Source: an uncultured Candidatus Saccharibacteria bacterium
Lineage (GTDB): Bacteria > Patescibacteriota > Saccharimonadia > Saccharimonadales > JAGQNJ01
Reading direction: 5' to 3'
DNA length: 64,000 bases
NCBI GenBank assembly: GCA_964603625.1
Contig: CAZRVM010000001.1
Coordinates: forward strand, 1,949-65,948
Of the stretch, positions 31,601 to 41,887 are shown one piece after another. The notes under the pieces were generated by a model, which was given only the letters and a program-made list of their open reading frames with translations, had not been told where the DNA came from and made no database searches. The translations under genes were made by a program, and so were the position numbers. Within the stretch, counting starts at the first letter, position 1. Every line of letters begins with the position of its first letter.

Positions 31601-32487
31601 CTTACACACATTGAACTAGGTTTAATATCTGCACGATCCATACTTTCAAGCAATTTAAGTCTTTTTAGTAGCTTCTTTTTTCGTTGACCTTTTGCATCTT
31701 CTGCTTCTTCACTCAGACTAGCTATTAAATCTTTCAGATTAATCTCATCTAGCAATTCTTTTAGCGCAGCTCCACCCATCCCAACTTCTATTAAATCTAC
31801 CAAATCGTCATCTAAATCATAGTAATCATTTTCATTAATTAAATTAAGCTTAACTAAGGATTCTGCCTGAGCTTTAAATGCTTCAAAACTTTGTTTTACT
31901 TCATCTAACTCTTTAGTTTGCATCTGCGCCAAAGCTTTTAAGTTAGCGTCTTCTTTTTTAGCTTCTTCTTCATATCTTGCTTTGATTGCTTCACAAGAAG
32001 CGTTAAATTGTGCTTCTTTATCTGCAAGAATTTGATCTCTTTTCGCCTCGTCAACTGATTTTATAATGTAATTAGCAAAATAAGTTACTTTTTCTAAACT
32101 TTTAACAGTTAATCCGAGTAGTAAACCAATGGCACTGGGAGCACCTCTAAGAAACCAAATATGTGCAACGGGTGCAGCCAAATTAATATGCCCCATCCGT
32201 TCTCGTCTTACGATACTTCTAGTTACAATCTCACCGTTTTTATCAACAGCAGCTTCTCTAGATCTCACGCCTTTGTACTTAGAGTCATAAGGATTTATAT
32301 CTTTAACCGGTCCAAAAATTCGTTCACAAAATAAGCCATCGCGTTCTGGTTTTTGAGTCCTATAATTGATTGTTTCTGGTTTAGTAACTTCCCCGTATGA
32401 CCAATCAAGTATGTCATCGGAACTAGCCACAGCAAGCCTAACAGCATCAAAATCTGAAATAGTTGGCCCATTATGATAATGTCTCAT
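28672..32487 (-). CDS. rpoC: DNA-directed RNA polymerase subunit beta-prime
   Basis: 1271 aa. [12 protein letters not shown] catalytic motif. N-terminal Zn-finger region. Confidence 0.98.
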   Translation of the reverse strand: MRHYHNGPTISDFDAVRLAVASSDDILDWSYGEVTKPETINYRTQKPERDGLFCERIFGPVKDINPYDSKYKGVRSREAAVDKNGEIVTRSIVRRERMGHINLAAPVAHIWFLRGAPSAIGLLLGLTVKSLEKVTYFANYIIKSVDEAKRDQILADKEAQFNASCEAIKARYEEEAKKEDANLKALAQMQTKELDEVKQSFEAFKAQAESLVKLNLINENDYYDLDDDLVDLIEVGMGGAALKELLDEINLKDLIASLSEEAEDAKGQRKKKLLKRLKLLESMDRADIKPSSMCVSVLPVIPPDLRPMVQLAGGRFATSDLNDLYRRVINRNNRLKKLIELNAPEVIRRNEQRMLQEAVDALIDNGNARSGRAVAATGQRRRLKSLSDMLKGKQGRFRQNLLGKRVDYSGRSVIVAGPELTMDQCGLPKMMALELFKPFVIGSLIEKEYAHNIRSATRMIEAGETPVWDALDEAISGKYVLLNRAPSLHRLSVQAFKPILIEGMAIQLHPLVCKGFNADFDGDQMAVHLPLTELAQKEAKDIMAANKNLLKPADGSPILHIEQDIVLGCYYLTYERNDIKASDVQKLSSLDEALMKLDASQIRLQSFVSINFRGQNLTTTLGRILFNEIFPEDFPFQDEAMTKKKLASAMALAYEMYGQEITAEIADKLKDLGFKYATKSGLSLGMDDFSEIKGLDTIIAKGEQNSSQISDQHDQGFITEEERYRLTVENWLQIDADVQQTLSDQFAKDDGAMSIAVVSGARGNIGQVKMVVGILGVSMDTTGRAIELPIKSAYKAGLTSLEYFTSTRGTRKTMIDTALKTADSGYLTRRLVDVSQDVFTIDEDEDDPGFAIYRKDAEEIGVSYGSRLAGRYAAENVGKLVEKGSLITTEIANKIEADGNIDGVKIMSALSCENVRGVSRKSYGIDPATGRLVENHHPIGVIAAQSIGEPGTQLTLRAYHGGGSAAADDITQGLPRVEELLEVRTPKGQAYLTDISGVVKVSEDGDHYVVEINAKEAETTKLALEQRTANIESGSLVNIGDVIASEEKGANPLIASVAGIAKVTKKSIQIKPNITKSVKYEIPGNKQLLVKDGQEVVAGERLTNGSINLHELINLQGVEATQRYIMNEVLMIFASQGQNIAEKHLEIIVRQMFSRVQIEDAGDSDFVTGDIVSKISVQAENDKLQSENKAPAVFNQLLLGITKASLSTESFLSAASFQDTTRVLISAATSGKVDRLFGLKENVILGRKIPVGTGFNAYTQQETEAEVATDI

Positions 32488-35400
32488 TATTTATCCTCGC
32501 TTTCTTCATCAATGGTAATATTTTGGCCTGTATCTTTTACAGCTAAAACTTCAGCCGGTAAATGATCGTCTACTTCGATTAAGTCAAACTCATCCACACT
32601 AGAATCTGCAGACATATCAATCTCAGAATATTCTGGCGCAGGTACATCAATACTTGCTTGAGTTCTTGCTTCATCATTAATATTCACTGCCACAATTTCT
32701 TCTGCATCAATAAGCTTTTCAGACATCATTAAGTCTACTTTAAGCCCAAGTCCTTGTAATTCTTTTACTAATACATTAAAGCTTTCTGGAACCTTTGGCC
32801 CTACTATTGGAGTTTTTTTGATGATTGATTCATAAGCTTTAGACCGACCGTAAACATCATCTGATTTGATTGTTAACATTTCTTGCAAAGTGTTAGCAGC
32901 CCCGTAAGCTTCTAATGACCAAACTTCCATTTCGCCAAATCGTTGACCACCATTTTGAGCCTTACCACCTAGTGGTTGTTGTGTGACCATTGTGTAAGGG
33001 CCAGTCGATCGTGCGTGAATTTTATCGACAATCATGTGATCTAGTTTGATCATATACATACTACCGACTGTTGTTGTTTCAGAAAATGGTTCGCCCGTTC
33101 TTCCATCATAAAGCTGTTGTTTTCCGTTTCTTGGCAAACCAGCCTCAGCTAACAAATCTTGAATCTTATCAATCGACACTCCGTTAAAAGATGGCGAAGC
33201 AACCTTAAAACCTAAAGCTCTGGCAGCCATACCTAAATGAGCCTCAAAAAGCTGACCAACATTCATTCTACTTGGAACACCCAAAGGATTTAAAATTATG
33301 TCGATTGGCGTACCGTCAGCCATAAATGGCATATCTTCTACCGGCAAAACCCTAGCAATTACACCTTTATTTCCATATCGTCCACCAAGTTTATCGCCAA
33401 CTGCAATTTTCCGCATTTGTGCAACATAAACTTTAATTTGTTTTATTACACCAGCCTTTAACTCGTGACCATTTTCTTTAGAGAATATTTTTACACCAAC
33501 AACTTTACCATGTTTACCATTACTCATTCTTTGAGAGGTGTCACGAACATCTTTAGCTTTTTCGCCAAAGATAGCCCGCAAAAGCCTTTCTTCACTCGAA
33601 AGTTCTTGTTCGCCTTTTGGAGTAATCTTTCCAACTAAAATATCGCCAGGATGCACATCTGCCCCAATATGAACAATTCCATCTTCATCTAAATGCCTAA
33701 GTGACTCTTCTGAGACATTTGGGATATCTCTAGTTACAAGCTCAGGTCCAAGCTTAGTTTCTCGAACTTCTGTCATGTAATCTACAATATGTACCGATGA
33801 CAAAGTATCATCTTCAACAAGCTTGCGAGAAATAATAATAGCATCTTCAAAATTGTATCCAGACCAAGGCATGAAAGCTGCAATCAAATCTTTACCTAAT
33901 GCTAGTTCACCACCCTCAATAGACATACCTTCAATCAAGGAATCACCAGATTTGACTTTTTCGCCACTACTTACAACAACCTTTTGATTAATTGATGTTC
34001 CGTCATTACTTCTAGCAAAATGCTGTGGTTTGTAGCTAACTTTGCCAGCTTTTTTATAATCAATAATCACTTCATCAGCATCGGCCTTTAAAACTTGACC
34101 ATCTTCAATTGCTTGAAATATTTGACCAGTATTGCTAGCAACAACTCCCTCTAAGCCAGTACCGACTATTGGGCTTTGGGGCTTCACAAGGGGAACTGCC
34201 TGTCGTTGCTGATTACTCCCCATTAAACTTCGATACACATAGTTTTTCTCAATAAAAGGAATCAAACCAGCACTCGAACCAATTATTTGCCTTTTTGAAG
34301 CATCCATATGAGTAACTTCATCGGCATCAACATCACCCGAGACTAAACGATTTCGCGCTGAAACCCTTGAATTTACGAAATGCCCATTTTCATCAATTTT
34401 TTCATTTGACCCTGCTATTACGGCTTTTTCTTCATCGGATGCATCTAAATAAACAATATCTTTCGTAACAACAGCCTTGACTGGCCAAGTTGCCCTATTT
34501 TTAACATTTGATAGCTTTTTTGCATCACTTGCTGTAATTTTTTTACCAGCTTTTACAATTACTTTACCATCATTATCTTCTAAGTCTAAACTTGCTGTGT
34601 AGCCAACTGCATCCTTTGCCGTTACCGAATTAATAACTTTTACATAAGGTGTTTCAATAAAACCATATTCATTTATTCGAGCATATAAACTTAAATTCAA
34701 AACAAGACCAATATTTGCACCTTCTGGTGTTTCTACCGGACATATTCTTCCGTAGTGAGTCGCGTGAGCGTCTCTAACCTCAAAACCTGCTCTTTCTCGG
34801 TTCAACCCACCAGGCCCCATTGAACTTAATCGGCGTTTGTGAGCCAATTCACTCAAAGGGTTAGCTTGATCCATAAATTGAGATAGTTGTGAACTTGCAA
34901 AGAATTCACGAACTGCAGCAACGATTGGTCGAGCATTGATTAGCTGTCCAGGAGTAACTGTTTCAATATCACTCATACTCATTCGATCTTTAGTGTTTCT
35001 CTCCATTCTAAGCAAACCAATTCTAAATTGCCTTTGTACTAACTCGCCAACCAATTTAACGCGCCGATTAGCCAATGAATCGATGTCATCGGCTGGCTCT
35101 TGAGTATTATTAAGACGAATAATTTCTGCGACTATGGCCAGTAAATCTTCTATCCGCATTACTCTATTTTCAGTAGTGTTTGGAACATCTAAATTTAACC
35201 TTGAGTTAATTTTGTAGCGTCCAACTCTACTAAAATCAAATCTCTTAAAGTTGAAGAACATATTTTTAATCAGATCTCGGGCATTTTCAACAGTTGCTAA
35301 ATCACCGGGACGTAACCTTCGATAAACTTCAATCAAAGCTTCGTTTGAACCTTTAGCTGGATCTTTTTCTAATGTTGCGCTTGTGTAATTCAGCTTACCT

Positions 35401-36038
35401 TGATCAACATGAGATAGTTCTTGTTTGATTTGGCTTTCACTTAATCCAAGTGCTTTTAGAAGGGTAGTTACGGGAATTTTGCGCTTGCGATCAATCTTTA
35501 CATAAATTGCTCCACCAGCGCTTGTCTCAAACTCCAACCATGCTCCGCGACCTGGAATTACTTTAGCTCCATATAGTCTACTGCTTGTATGCTGTTCTGA
35601 AGTAAAGAAAACACCTGCCGAACGAATCAACTGGCTAACAACAACCCTTTCAGTACCATTAACAATAAATGTTCCACGACTAGTCATCCAAGGGTAATCA
35701 CCCAAGTAGATCTCTTGTTCTTTTACTTCACCTGTAATTTTATTTGTCAAAACTACTGTAGCTTTTAATGGTGCTTCAAACGAAATATTGTCATCCTTAG
35801 CTTCAGCTTCGGTAGTTTTAGGCTCTTCAAATTTATAATCTTTAAAACTAAGTGATAATTTTGTGCCTGTATAATCATCTATTGGACTAATTTCGGCTAG
35901 AAGTTCTCCCAACCCTTCATTTACAAACCAATAAAATGAATCATTTTGATGATCTACTAAGTTTGGTAAATCAAGAATCTCATCTGTTTGTGTAAAGTAC
36001 TTGCGCTTTGACGGCGCAATGCTAGTCGTTTTTGCCAT
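32487..36038 (-). CDS. rpoB: DNA-directed RNA polymerase subunit beta
   Basis: 1183 aa with conserved rpoB blocks; overlaps rpoC by 1 nt. Confidence 0.98.
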   Translation of the reverse strand: MAKTTSIAPSKRKYFTQTDEILDLPNLVDHQNDSFYWFVNEGLGELLAEISPIDDYTGTKLSLSFKDYKFEEPKTTEAEAKDDNISFEAPLKATVVLTNKITGEVKEQEIYLGDYPWMTSRGTFIVNGTERVVVSQLIRSAGVFFTSEQHTSSRLYGAKVIPGRGAWLEFETSAGGAIYVKIDRKRKIPVTTLLKALGLSESQIKQELSHVDQGKLNYTSATLEKDPAKGSNEALIEVYRRLRPGDLATVENARDLIKNMFFNFKRFDFSRVGRYKINSRLNLDVPNTTENRVMRIEDLLAIVAEIIRLNNTQEPADDIDSLANRRVKLVGELVQRQFRIGLLRMERNTKDRMSMSDIETVTPGQLINARPIVAAVREFFASSQLSQFMDQANPLSELAHKRRLSSMGPGGLNRERAGFEVRDAHATHYGRICPVETPEGANIGLVLNLSLYARINEYGFIETPYVKVINSVTAKDAVGYTASLDLEDNDGKVIVKAGKKITASDAKKLSNVKNRATWPVKAVVTKDIVYLDASDEEKAVIAGSNEKIDENGHFVNSRVSARNRLVSGDVDADEVTHMDASKRQIIGSSAGLIPFIEKNYVYRSLMGSNQQRQAVPLVKPQSPIVGTGLEGVVASNTGQIFQAIEDGQVLKADADEVIIDYKKAGKVSYKPQHFARSNDGTSINQKVVVSSGEKVKSGDSLIEGMSIEGGELALGKDLIAAFMPWSGYNFEDAIIISRKLVEDDTLSSVHIVDYMTEVRETKLGPELVTRDIPNVSEESLRHLDEDGIVHIGADVHPGDILVGKITPKGEQELSSEERLLRAIFGEKAKDVRDTSQRMSNGKHGKVVGVKIFSKENGHELKAGVIKQIKVYVAQMRKIAVGDKLGGRYGNKGVIARVLPVEDMPFMADGTPIDIILNPLGVPSRMNVGQLFEAHLGMAARALGFKVASPSFNGVSIDKIQDLLAEAGLPRNGKQQLYDGRTGEPFSETTTVGSMYMIKLDHMIVDKIHARSTGPYTMVTQQPLGGKAQNGGQRFGEMEVWSLEAYGAANTLQEMLTIKSDDVYGRSKAYESIIKKTPIVGPKVPESFNVLVKELQGLGLKVDLMMSEKLIDAEEIVAVNINDEARTQASIDVPAPEYSEIDMSADSSVDEFDLIEVDDHLPAEVLAVKDTGQNITIDEESEDK

Positions 36039-36261
36039 AACGAACTTATTTTCTCCTTGCTATATCAACTTTAAAAGTACCTATTACATGCATTTAAATA
36101 AGTACTAAAAACTAAGTTGAGTTTAAATTGATGATAAAATACGCCGAAGATCCTAAGCACTTTTTAGTTTACTACTAGGGTAAAAATAGTAAACTTTAGC
36201 TTACCCTACTTCTTAACAATAAATAATAACATACAATCCGAACAAATTACAAATTTAAAAT

Positions 36262-36849
36262 TTAAAGGACTTTATCTACCAATCCATATTCACAAGCTTC
36301 TGTTGCTGATAACCATTTATCTCGCTCCATATCTTCTTGGATCTTTTTAATTTTTTGCCCAGTATTTTTTGCCATAATTTCATTAAGCAGTTGTTTTAAC
36401 CTTAGACCTTCTTTTAAGTCTATCTCCATATCGGTTACTTTGCCTCTTGTTCCAGCAGAAGGTTGGTGAATCATAACTGTTGCATGAGGTAAAATAAATC
36501 GCTTACCCTTTGTTCCAGAGCTGAGTAAAAAAGCTGCTGCACTAGCTTGCACTCCAATACCAACAGTTTGAATATCACATTTTACATATTGCATAGTGTC
36601 ATAAATTGCAAAAGCATCGTAGACACTACCGCCAGGGCTATTTATGTAAAATTTAATATCTTTTTTAGGATCTTCATTTTCTAAAAATAAAATTTGAGCA
36701 ACGACTAAATTTGCTGTATGTTCATTTACATCACTTCCCAAGAAAATAATTCTATCTTTAAGTAGCCTAGAGTAAATATCAAAAGCCCGCTCTACTCGAC
36801 CATCTGTCTCTATAACGGTTGGAACTAATATTGAATCATTCATTTTCAT
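36262..36849 (-). CDS. clpP: ATP-dependent Clp protease proteolytic subunit
   Basis: [25 protein letters not shown]...[20 protein letters not shown]...[13 protein letters not shown]... (Ser-His-Asp triad context). Confidence 0.95.
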   Translation of the reverse strand: MKMNDSILVPTVIETDGRVERAFDIYSRLLKDRIIFLGSDVNEHTANLVVAQILFLENEDPKKDIKFYINSPGGSVYDAFAIYDTMQYVKCDIQTVGIGVQASAAAFLLSSGTKGKRFILPHATVMIHQPSAGTRGKVTDMEIDLKEGLRLKQLLNEIMAKNTGQKIKKIQEDMERDKWLSATEACEYGLVDKVL

Positions 36850-36873
36850 AATAATTTCATTTTATATAAATAA

Positions 36874-36900
36874 TTAGCACTCGTCAAGTAAGAGTGCTAA
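36874..36900. promoter_or_regulatory. CIRCE element (HrcA operator), 25 nt upstream of the clpP start codon
   Basis: ttagcactc-gtcaagtaa-gagtgctaa is a perfect match to the CIRCE consensus TTAGCACTC-N9-GAGTGCTAA. Confidence 0.8.
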
Positions 36901-36912
36901 ATTAGGTAAAGA

Positions 36913-38199
36913 TTATTTTTTTGTTACTACACTTACTAATTTAGCGATAGTTTTTTGAGTAATTAGCCGGCTAGCAATTTCTTGGCGAGCCTCTGGTTTA
37001 TTTAACTCTTCCTGCATTTGCTGATCTTGATATTGATCTTTAAGTAACCGCATTTGTGTATCAAGTTCCTCTGCAGTAACTTGAACTTTTTCGATATTTG
37101 AAATCTCGGCTAAAATTAAGCCGGTTTTTACTCTTGTTTTTGCTTCAGGCAATAATTGGGTCTTAACATATTCATCTTCTGTTAACTTTAAAGTATCTAG
37201 CATTTCTTGCCATGTTTGGCCACGATAAGTTAAACTTTGGCGAACTTCTGTTTTAAGTCTTTCAACTTGTTCGTCTACTAAACTTTTGGGTAAATCAAGT
37301 TCACTTTTAGTTACGATTTGATTAATTAATTCACTCTCAAATTTTGTATTCTCTTGTTTTTGTTTTTCTAATAATAACTGTTTTTTAATATCGGCCTTTA
37401 AATCATCTAAGGTTTTGAACTGTCCAACTTTTTCTGCAAATTTATCATCGAGCTTTGGCTTAACTAACAAATTAACTTGTTTTACTTCTACTTTAAAAGT
37501 TACTTTTTCACCAGCTAATGCTTTTACCCCGTAATCTTTTGGAAAGGTTAATTTAAACTCTTTTTTAGCTTCTTTTTTGAGCCCAACTAAATTTTTTTCA
37601 AAACCAGGAATAAAATTATCACTTCCAAGTATTAATGGATAGTCTTTTCCATCAGCACCTTTTATGGCCTGTTTTTTAGAATCGACACCACTAAAATCTA
37701 TAACAACTTCATCGCCCAATTTTGAAGGACGATCTACACTCTCCCGCGTTGCGTACTTATCACTCAAACTAACTAAAACTTCATTGATATCGGTATTATT
37801 TACCTTTGCTACTACTTTAGTTTTCTTAATCGACTTATAATCAGATAGCTTGATTTTACCTAAAATATCTACATCTGCTTGAAATTCTAAAGTTGTAAAG
37901 GGCACAAATTTTGATAATGAAATATTTGGGCTACCTATGACTTTTATCGATTCCTTAGATACAGCTTGTGCGTAAAGTAAGTTTATAGCTTCATCTAAAA
38001 ACCTAGACTGTAAAGTGTTTTGATCAAGATTTTTTTCAATTAAATGTATTGGCGCTTTGCCCGCTCTAAAGCCAGCAACTTTTAAATCAGCACCCAACTC
38101 TTTGAGAACTTTATGTTTAATTTGATCAAGTTCGCTATCGTCTGCTTTAATTGTTAATAAGCAATGTGTTTTTGAACTATCTTGTCGTTGTACCTGCAT
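36913..38199 (-). CDS. tig: trigger factor
   Basis: 428 aa with a central FKBP-type PPIase region (GFEKNLVGLK...EFKLTFP); located upstream of clpP as in many bacteria. Confidence 0.85.
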   Translation of the reverse strand: MQVQRQDSSKTHCLLTIKADDSELDQIKHKVLKELGADLKVAGFRAGKAPIHLIEKNLDQNTLQSRFLDEAINLLYAQAVSKESIKVIGSPNISLSKFVPFTTLEFQADVDILGKIKLSDYKSIKKTKVVAKVNNTDINEVLVSLSDKYATRESVDRPSKLGDEVVIDFSGVDSKKQAIKGADGKDYPLILGSDNFIPGFEKNLVGLKKEAKKEFKLTFPKDYGVKALAGEKVTFKVEVKQVNLLVKPKLDDKFAEKVGQFKTLDDLKADIKKQLLLEKQKQENTKFESELINQIVTKSELDLPKSLVDEQVERLKTEVRQSLTYRGQTWQEMLDTLKLTEDEYVKTQLLPEAKTRVKTGLILAEISNIEKVQVTAEELDTQMRLLKDQYQDQQMQEELNKPEARQEIASRLITQKTIAKLVSVVTKK

Positions 38200-38284
38200 A
38201 GAGTATTACTTTAGCAACTTTTATAAGATTCGTCTAGCATGTAGTGTTTTTAGTATTTTATGATTTTTTGCAAAATACTTTTTG

Positions 38285-39592
38285 TTACTTCTTGCGATAA
38301 TCTTTTACAATGCTTGCAATTCGCTCTAAGCTATGAGTTTCCTCTTCGCCAGTGTTTAAATCTTTCAATTTAAATTGCTCTGTTGCAAGTTCTTGATCGC
38401 CAATAAAAATTGCATATCTAATCCCTTGCTTAACGGCTGTTTTAATCTGTTTATCTAGCTTTCTACCAGTACTATCAACCGCAACATTTAGTTCCATCTC
38501 ACGAAGTAAGCTAATTGGCTTAATAGCTTGCTCATAAACATTACCTAACAAAATTACATAAACATCAATATCATTTTTAAGTTTTGGCATTAGCTCATGA
38601 AGTATTAAAAAATTATAAAGCGTTGCGTCACCCATTCCAAAACCCACTGTAGCTATTGGATCAACCCCAAACTTACCTACAAGCCCGTCATATCTTCCTC
38701 CTCCAAACATAGCCCTGTTATTTTCAGGATGCTTATCAAACACTTCAAAAACGATATCTGTATAATAGTCAAAACCTCTCATTAGCGTAATATCAAACAC
38801 AATGTTGCCAATCCCGGACTGCTTAGCTAGTTCGATTAAATTACCAAGTTGTGTTGTAAATTCTTGCTTCAAAACATCTTGCGGTAAATCACTAATTAGC
38901 TTAGCTTTTAAAATCTCGCTCAACTTGCCTTCGGTGCCATCTTCTCTCTGAGAAGCAGTTAGTACTGCATCTAACTTAGCGCTAAATTCAGATTGAGGAA
39001 TTTTATGCATCTTATCAACCAACTTAATAATTGTATCTGTTTGTACATCGTTTAATTTTAAATAATCATTAAGAAGATAGTTGACCAACTTTCTGCTATT
39101 TACTTTTATTTCAAACATTCTTGATTTTGCGCCAAACGATCTCATAATTGCATCACTAATTTGAATCATCTCAAAATCTGCCGATAAATTACTAATTCCA
39201 AATAAATCTACATTTAATTGCCAAAATTCTCTTAATCTACCTCGTTGTGGCCTTTCATATCGCCATAAATTTGGTATAGAAAACCATCTTATTGGATAAG
39301 GTAATTCTTGGCGCCTAGCAGCAACCATTCTGCTGACCGATGGTGTCATTTCGGTTCGAATAGTTACTTCTCGGCCACCTCTATCAACGAAACTATATGT
39401 TTGCTCGTTTACAATTTCATCACTGGTTTTTGTAGCGTAAAGTGTGGTCGGCTCTAAAAGTGGCGCATCGTATTCTTGATAGCCGAAACTTCTAGCAACT
39501 TGACGCCATTTACCAAACATCCACTGTTGTAAGCGTTTGTCTTCTGGGTAAAAATCCCTAGCTCCTTTATAGGCTTGAGTGCTAATACTCAT
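38285..39592 (-). CDS. hisS: histidine--tRNA ligase
   Basis: Class II motifs (YKGARDFYPED; FRYERPQRGRLREFWQ; MFGGGRYDGL). 435 aa. Confidence 0.9.
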   Translation of the reverse strand: MSISTQAYKGARDFYPEDKRLQQWMFGKWRQVARSFGYQEYDAPLLEPTTLYATKTSDEIVNEQTYSFVDRGGREVTIRTEMTPSVSRMVAARRQELPYPIRWFSIPNLWRYERPQRGRLREFWQLNVDLFGISNLSADFEMIQISDAIMRSFGAKSRMFEIKVNSRKLVNYLLNDYLKLNDVQTDTIIKLVDKMHKIPQSEFSAKLDAVLTASQREDGTEGKLSEILKAKLISDLPQDVLKQEFTTQLGNLIELAKQSGIGNIVFDITLMRGFDYYTDIVFEVFDKHPENNRAMFGGGRYDGLVGKFGVDPIATVGFGMGDATLYNFLILHELMPKLKNDIDVYVILLGNVYEQAIKPISLLREMELNVAVDSTGRKLDKQIKTAVKQGIRYAIFIGDQELATEQFKLKDLNTGEEETHSLERIASIVKDYRKK

Positions 39593-39678
39593 ATTACTAA
39601 CAATTGTAATATACCTGTTTAAATTTATGAAATTCTAACTTTAAATATCAAAATAATAAATAAGATTAGCTTTCAAGT

Positions 39679-40362
39679 TTAGTTTTTTTTATCTTTTAAT
39701 CTACTCATTATCTTTGGTAAACAAAACATCAAAGAACCCCCAGCAATAGCAGGAAATGTACCGTTACGAATTAATAAGTCGGTAGTTCTTGAGGCACCTT
39801 TTTGCATATACCAATTAGAAAGTTTCATACTTCTTTCCATAACTCTTTCATTCCAATCACCATCTAAATGACGATACATAGCCGATAGGCTAAATAATGA
39901 CGGCCTCAACAAAAATGCTTTTTCAGACCACTCTTGATAAAGTTCTAGGTTAGTATTTTTCATTTGGGTGTGCACCTCAGGCATCATTGGCCTATCATAA
40001 CCATCTAAATCCATTCTACCGTCAACAACCAATTCTAGTTGTAATAATTCATCAATATGGGTATAGCGCAAAATTTTTGAGATTCCTTTAGCTCGATCAT
40101 CAGACCTACCTTGAATAATAGTTTGATCTTCATGGCATATGGCTATAGTTCTTATTTTTGGTACATCAATTAACTCTCCATATTGACCAATCCGTTGTTG
40201 AACAAAAATAACATCATCTGTCTGTAGGCAATCCTCGGTTAAAGCCAGTGCTTTATTAACTAAAGGTTTAGTTAATGTCTGCAAATAGCTAGCAATTTCT
40301 TGTTGCCGTTCTTGACGAATCGGGCTCAGTAAATATTCCATTGTATCTAAGTTTCTTTGCAT
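39679..40362 (-). CDS. hypothetical protein (227 aa)
   Basis: ORF only; no recognisable motif. Confidence 0.5.
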   Translation of the reverse strand: MQRNLDTMEYLLSPIRQERQQEIASYLQTLTKPLVNKALALTEDCLQTDDVIFVQQRIGQYGELIDVPKIRTIAICHEDQTIIQGRSDDRAKGISKILRYTHIDELLQLELVVDGRMDLDGYDRPMMPEVHTQMKNTNLELYQEWSEKAFLLRPSLFSLSAMYRHLDGDWNERVMERSMKLSNWYMQKGASRTTDLLIRNGTFPAIAGGSLMFCLPKIMSRLKDKKN

Positions 40363-40726
40363 AAAAATACCATTACAAACTTTGTAAAAATTATCTAAAT
40401 TTTTATAAATTTATTATTAGTTATTATTCAGTTTTGATTTTTTAGAAAAATCTCAAAATCAATTTAATATAATATATCATTATACCGGTTATGTCAATAC
40501 ATAAAATCTACCAGATTTTCTTCTTGTGGGAGAATAAAAATACTAAATAAAAACTCCGTGTCATGGTGAGATTTTGCACCTACTCTAGAACTCATTTTTA
40601 AGAAATTTGTAAATAACAAGCAAAATAATGTCGAAGGAGCCCAGCTTTTATTCATGCACACGGAATACTCCGAATATTAGGTTAGAAGATTTTAGACTTC
40701 TATTGATTATGTAAAATAGACTCTTA

Positions 40727-41557
40727 TCAGGATTGACTTGGCGTATTCGGAGGCATTTGTGTTGGAGTAACATGTTGCTGTGTATTGTCACCGCCAACAG
40801 CACTTTCAATAGTAGATACTGCACCTCCATTACCATTGAAAAAGGTTTTCTTGAACTCTTGCTGAATTTGCGAAATTTGCGATCCAATATTACCGCTGTT
40901 GGGCAACGTCTTTGCTAAATTACGGCCATGTCTCAATAGTTTCCAGCCAAAGATAATGCTTAGCAATCTAATCGTAAAAGTCACAAGAGATACAAGTAAA
41001 ATAAAAAGTCCTATAAATGGTAAGAATTTCTTAATAGTATTTATTGTATTAACCGTTCCGGCAGTGTCATAATCAGAAGGGTTGTTGGGGTTATATTTTA
41101 TAGCTACGTTTGAACCAACAGTAGCGTTACAGTTATCACTAGACGCGCTTTTAGTTGGTTGTGAATATTCTTTTTCACCCACCGTATACTGAACATTTAA
41201 GCTACAGGATGTACTTGTTGACTTATTGCCATTGTTATCTGTGCTTATGTGAGTTTGGGGTGCGCCAATGGATGTAACATGCCCTGTAGTATCAGCAGTC
41301 AAGTCTTTTGTGCCAAAAAGGTTAAAAAACGAGCCACCAAACAATAAAATTATTGTACCAAGTATTACACCAATTAATGCTCCAAAAATACCAGAACGCT
41401 TTTTACCACCAAAAGGGTTATCTATTCCTACTATTCCATCCAATATTAACAAACCACCAACAGCCTGTTCCGCAGCAGCTAGTAATGTTGGGTCTTTTTG
41501 TTCATAGTTACCTAAAAAACTGGATGCTTTATTTTTGATCTCATTTAATTTAAACAT
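40727..41557 (-). CDS. DUF3592-like membrane protein (TM helix, beta-rich loop, TM helix)
   Basis: Two hydrophobic helices flank TGHVTSIG...SCSLNVQYTVGEKEYS...NATVGSNVAIKYNPNNPSDYD, a pattern typical of DUF3592. Confidence 0.6.
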   Translation of the reverse strand: MFKLNEIKNKASSFLGNYEQKDPTLLAAAEQAVGGLLILDGIVGIDNPFGGKKRSGIFGALIGVILGTIILLFGGSFFNLFGTKDLTADTTGHVTSIGAPQTHISTDNNGNKSTSTSCSLNVQYTVGEKEYSQPTKSASSDNCNATVGSNVAIKYNPNNPSDYDTAGTVNTINTIKKFLPFIGLFILLVSLVTFTIRLLSIIFGWKLLRHGRNLAKTLPNSGNIGSQISQIQQEFKKTFFNGNGGAVSTIESAVGGDNTQQHVTPTQMPPNTPSQS

Positions 41558-41772
41558 AAACTATTTTTAAGTTTACAACCATTTTAATAATTTTGGAATC
41601 ATTAATTCAATTCATCACATTAGTTATGCAACTTCCCTAGAAGTCTATGAAAAAAACAAAATCTTAAGGAGAAGATCGGCAGGTAAGATTGTACACAACA
41701 TCAAAATACAAGAATAATTAGAAAGCTTGCTCTATTATTATAAAATTCACTAAGAAAACATGAAATCTAATC

Positions 41773-41856
41773 TGGTGGGCGAGAAAGGACTTGAACCTTC
41801 ACGTCTTGCGACACTAGTTCCTAAGACTAGCGTGTCTACCATTCCACCACTCGCCC
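41773..41856 (-). tRNA. tRNA-Leu (anticodon TAG) with long variable arm
   Basis: Reverse-complement GGGCGAGTGGTGGAATGGTAGACACGCTAGTCTTAGGAACTAGTGTCGCAAGACGTGAAGGTTCAAGTCCTTTCTCGCCCACCA. Anticodon loop CTTAGGA. Confidence 0.88.
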
Positions 41857-41887
41857 ATACTTTAAACTTAAAAGTGCTTTAAATATT

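Noticed and set aside
38243-38270. Hairpin agtatttt-N12-aaaatact between hisS and tig as a hisS terminator
   Set aside because: The T-run follows the hairpin on the plus strand, where no gene precedes it, and not on the minus strand; the orientation is wrong for terminating hisS.
40660-40760. 9-bp inverted repeat (ctccgaata / tattcggag) separated by about 70 nt near the 3' end of the DUF3592-like gene
   Set aside because: The arms are too far apart for a hairpin, and one arm lies inside the coding sequence; this is likely coincidence.
40648-40918. ORFs 40648-40887 (-) and 40733-40918 (+) at the 3' end of the DUF3592-like gene
   Set aside because: They overlap the DUF3592-like gene or its downstream spacer in other frames, carry no signals, and the plus-strand one is antisense.
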